In this document: piece after piece, positions 62,474 through 64,000 of the stretch | Layout of the letters: each line of letters opens with the position of its first letter | How positions within the stretch are numbered: the stretch's first letter is position 1 | Source of the DNA: Dipteris shenzhenensis | Lineage: Eukaryota | Assembly (NCBI GenBank): GCA_047967505.1 | Contig: CM106538.1 | Length of the DNA stretch: 64,000 bases | Strand: one strand, 5' to 3' | Notes under the pieces: model-generated | Told to the model about the DNA's origin: nothing | What the model saw: only the letters and a program-made list of their open reading frames with translations | Databases searched by the model: none | Translations under genes and position numbers: made by a program

Positions 62474-64000
62474 TGTGACATGAAGTTGGGGGTAATAAAC
62501 TTCGCGTACCTCTTCACTTCCTACTACTTTTGAACTGAGTGACAAAGATATTTATCATTGAGAAAGGGACATTAAAAAGAAGCTCTTATGCCAAGATACC
62601 ACACCATACTTTCCTCCCTTAGATGAGAATGAAGATGCTAACATCCCAAGTGATGTTGTACTCAAGCATAGGGAGAAGGAAAGGATCAGCAGAGGCCATA
62701 ATCTCAGCAAGTCGGTCTATGCCAAAGAGAAGAGCGATACATTATTGAAAGAAGATCTTGCGGCTCAACATGACATGAACTAATATATATCAAGGAGTTG
62801 GAAGGGGCTGATTGGGTCGGATGGGTAGGTTCCAAGGAAACATTGCACCTCCTTCATAGATACCTTTACAATTAGCTCAAAACACTCTACAAACTGTGAT
62901 TAGACACAGAGCCCTATAACTTTCAATAGAGACATGATAACAAAGATTCAAACACACATAGAGATGTGCCTTGAGATGGGCTTCGCGTTCATATATGTTT
63001 TGTAAGAAACAAAGAAGCGATCAGAAAGTTATGGGCAGTTTACTTGACGGGAGTAAAAACTGTCATGAAAACAGACTGTCAGACATACTCATAACTTTTT
63101 GCTGTAGTATCTGATTTAAGGTCTAATCATATAGAAACATGCGCCTTGAAGAGAGCTTCGCGTGATATAAGTTTCATGTCACCATCCATGTCCTTTTTGG
63201 CTACTCTTGCCATGTGTCCCATCAAAAGATGCTCAAGACTCTTAAAATATTGATAAAGTCAAGACTCTCCCCACATGGAGCCCATAGGGACCCTCTCTTT
63301 TCCATATGTCCACATCCTCCTTATTCTACATAAGAATTCTATAAGGATTCCTCTTAACTCCAGACTCCTCCACATGCCTTCCACATGCTTGGCATGTGGC
63401 CTCTCTTATATTATTGGAACACATGGACATGAGCCCATCTCTTTATATGACTCACTCTTCCTATTTTCTAAAAACCCCATAATATCCCATACACAAATAA
63501 CTCTCACCCCATACCAAGGTATTTATAATGAGTTTATAATCCATACCTATGGTATTTACAATGATCCATTCCACTCATCCTCTCAATCCCATACAATATC
63601 TTAGAAAATAGAAATAAGTGAGAGTTGCTAGGCTATCACTTGATACTCAAACTCTTATCAAACTTAGAAGAAAACAATACCAATGCCAAAAAAAAAATAT
63701 TAAAATTTGGCGTCACATCTTTCCCCCCCCCCCAGCAGATCCTCTCTAATGATAGAGAGGGCCTGTTGTCCCTCAAGGTGGTCGAGCATAGAAGAATTTA
63801 AGGCGATACTCATTATTGCATCCGGGTATCACCATGCCATCAACATCTTCAAGCTGATAGGTTCCATTGTTGACATTCATATACATCCTTATGGAGGTGT
63901 GGCCAAAAGTAACCAATCTCTGCTTTTGTGTTGTGGAGTTAACCCTCGAGAAAACATGCCTTCTTCCACATATTGCTGAACATCTTGTAGTTTTGGGCAT
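62474..64000 (-). mobile_element. Element L: second copy of the I family (3' LTR 62474-63717 with ~0.8-kb internal deletion, PPT, start of internal region)
   Basis: Reverse complement of ~13285-15623, with TGTGAC...GTCACA termini. Confidence 0.92.

Overview
Eukaryotic, transposon-saturated land-plant DNA. PLS-class PPR remnants, tRNA-iMet-primed Copia elements and a Tat-like Gypsy are present; a fern or other seed-free plant is only a guess. There are no prokaryotic operons, RNA genes or CRISPR arrays. About 85% of the window is nested LTR retrotransposons, labelled A-L below. One nest has four levels (Gypsy F > gag-only element E > Copia D > Gypsy C) and a second has three (Copia H > Copia G > Copia J plus a MITE). 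The most notable item is a decayed, spliced gene (5609-15831, split by LTR element I with a GATTG TSD). It joins a ParB/Srx-like 'VWDGNHR' domain to a C-terminal 'PGDCIIDVFAG...LGRHCLSIE' segment typical of bacterial/phage beta-class N6-adenine/N4-cytosine DNA methyltransferases. The second is a ~39.8-kb inversion (~20456-60283) whose reversal restores two broken retrotransposons and one TSD. Other items: an integrase-less element seen in two copies, a gag-only element, an extra Gypsy ORF of unknown function, a 5' LTR lacking its end and PBS, and a 2.7-kb tandem duplication. All calls come from reading the sequence by eye; no searches were run.
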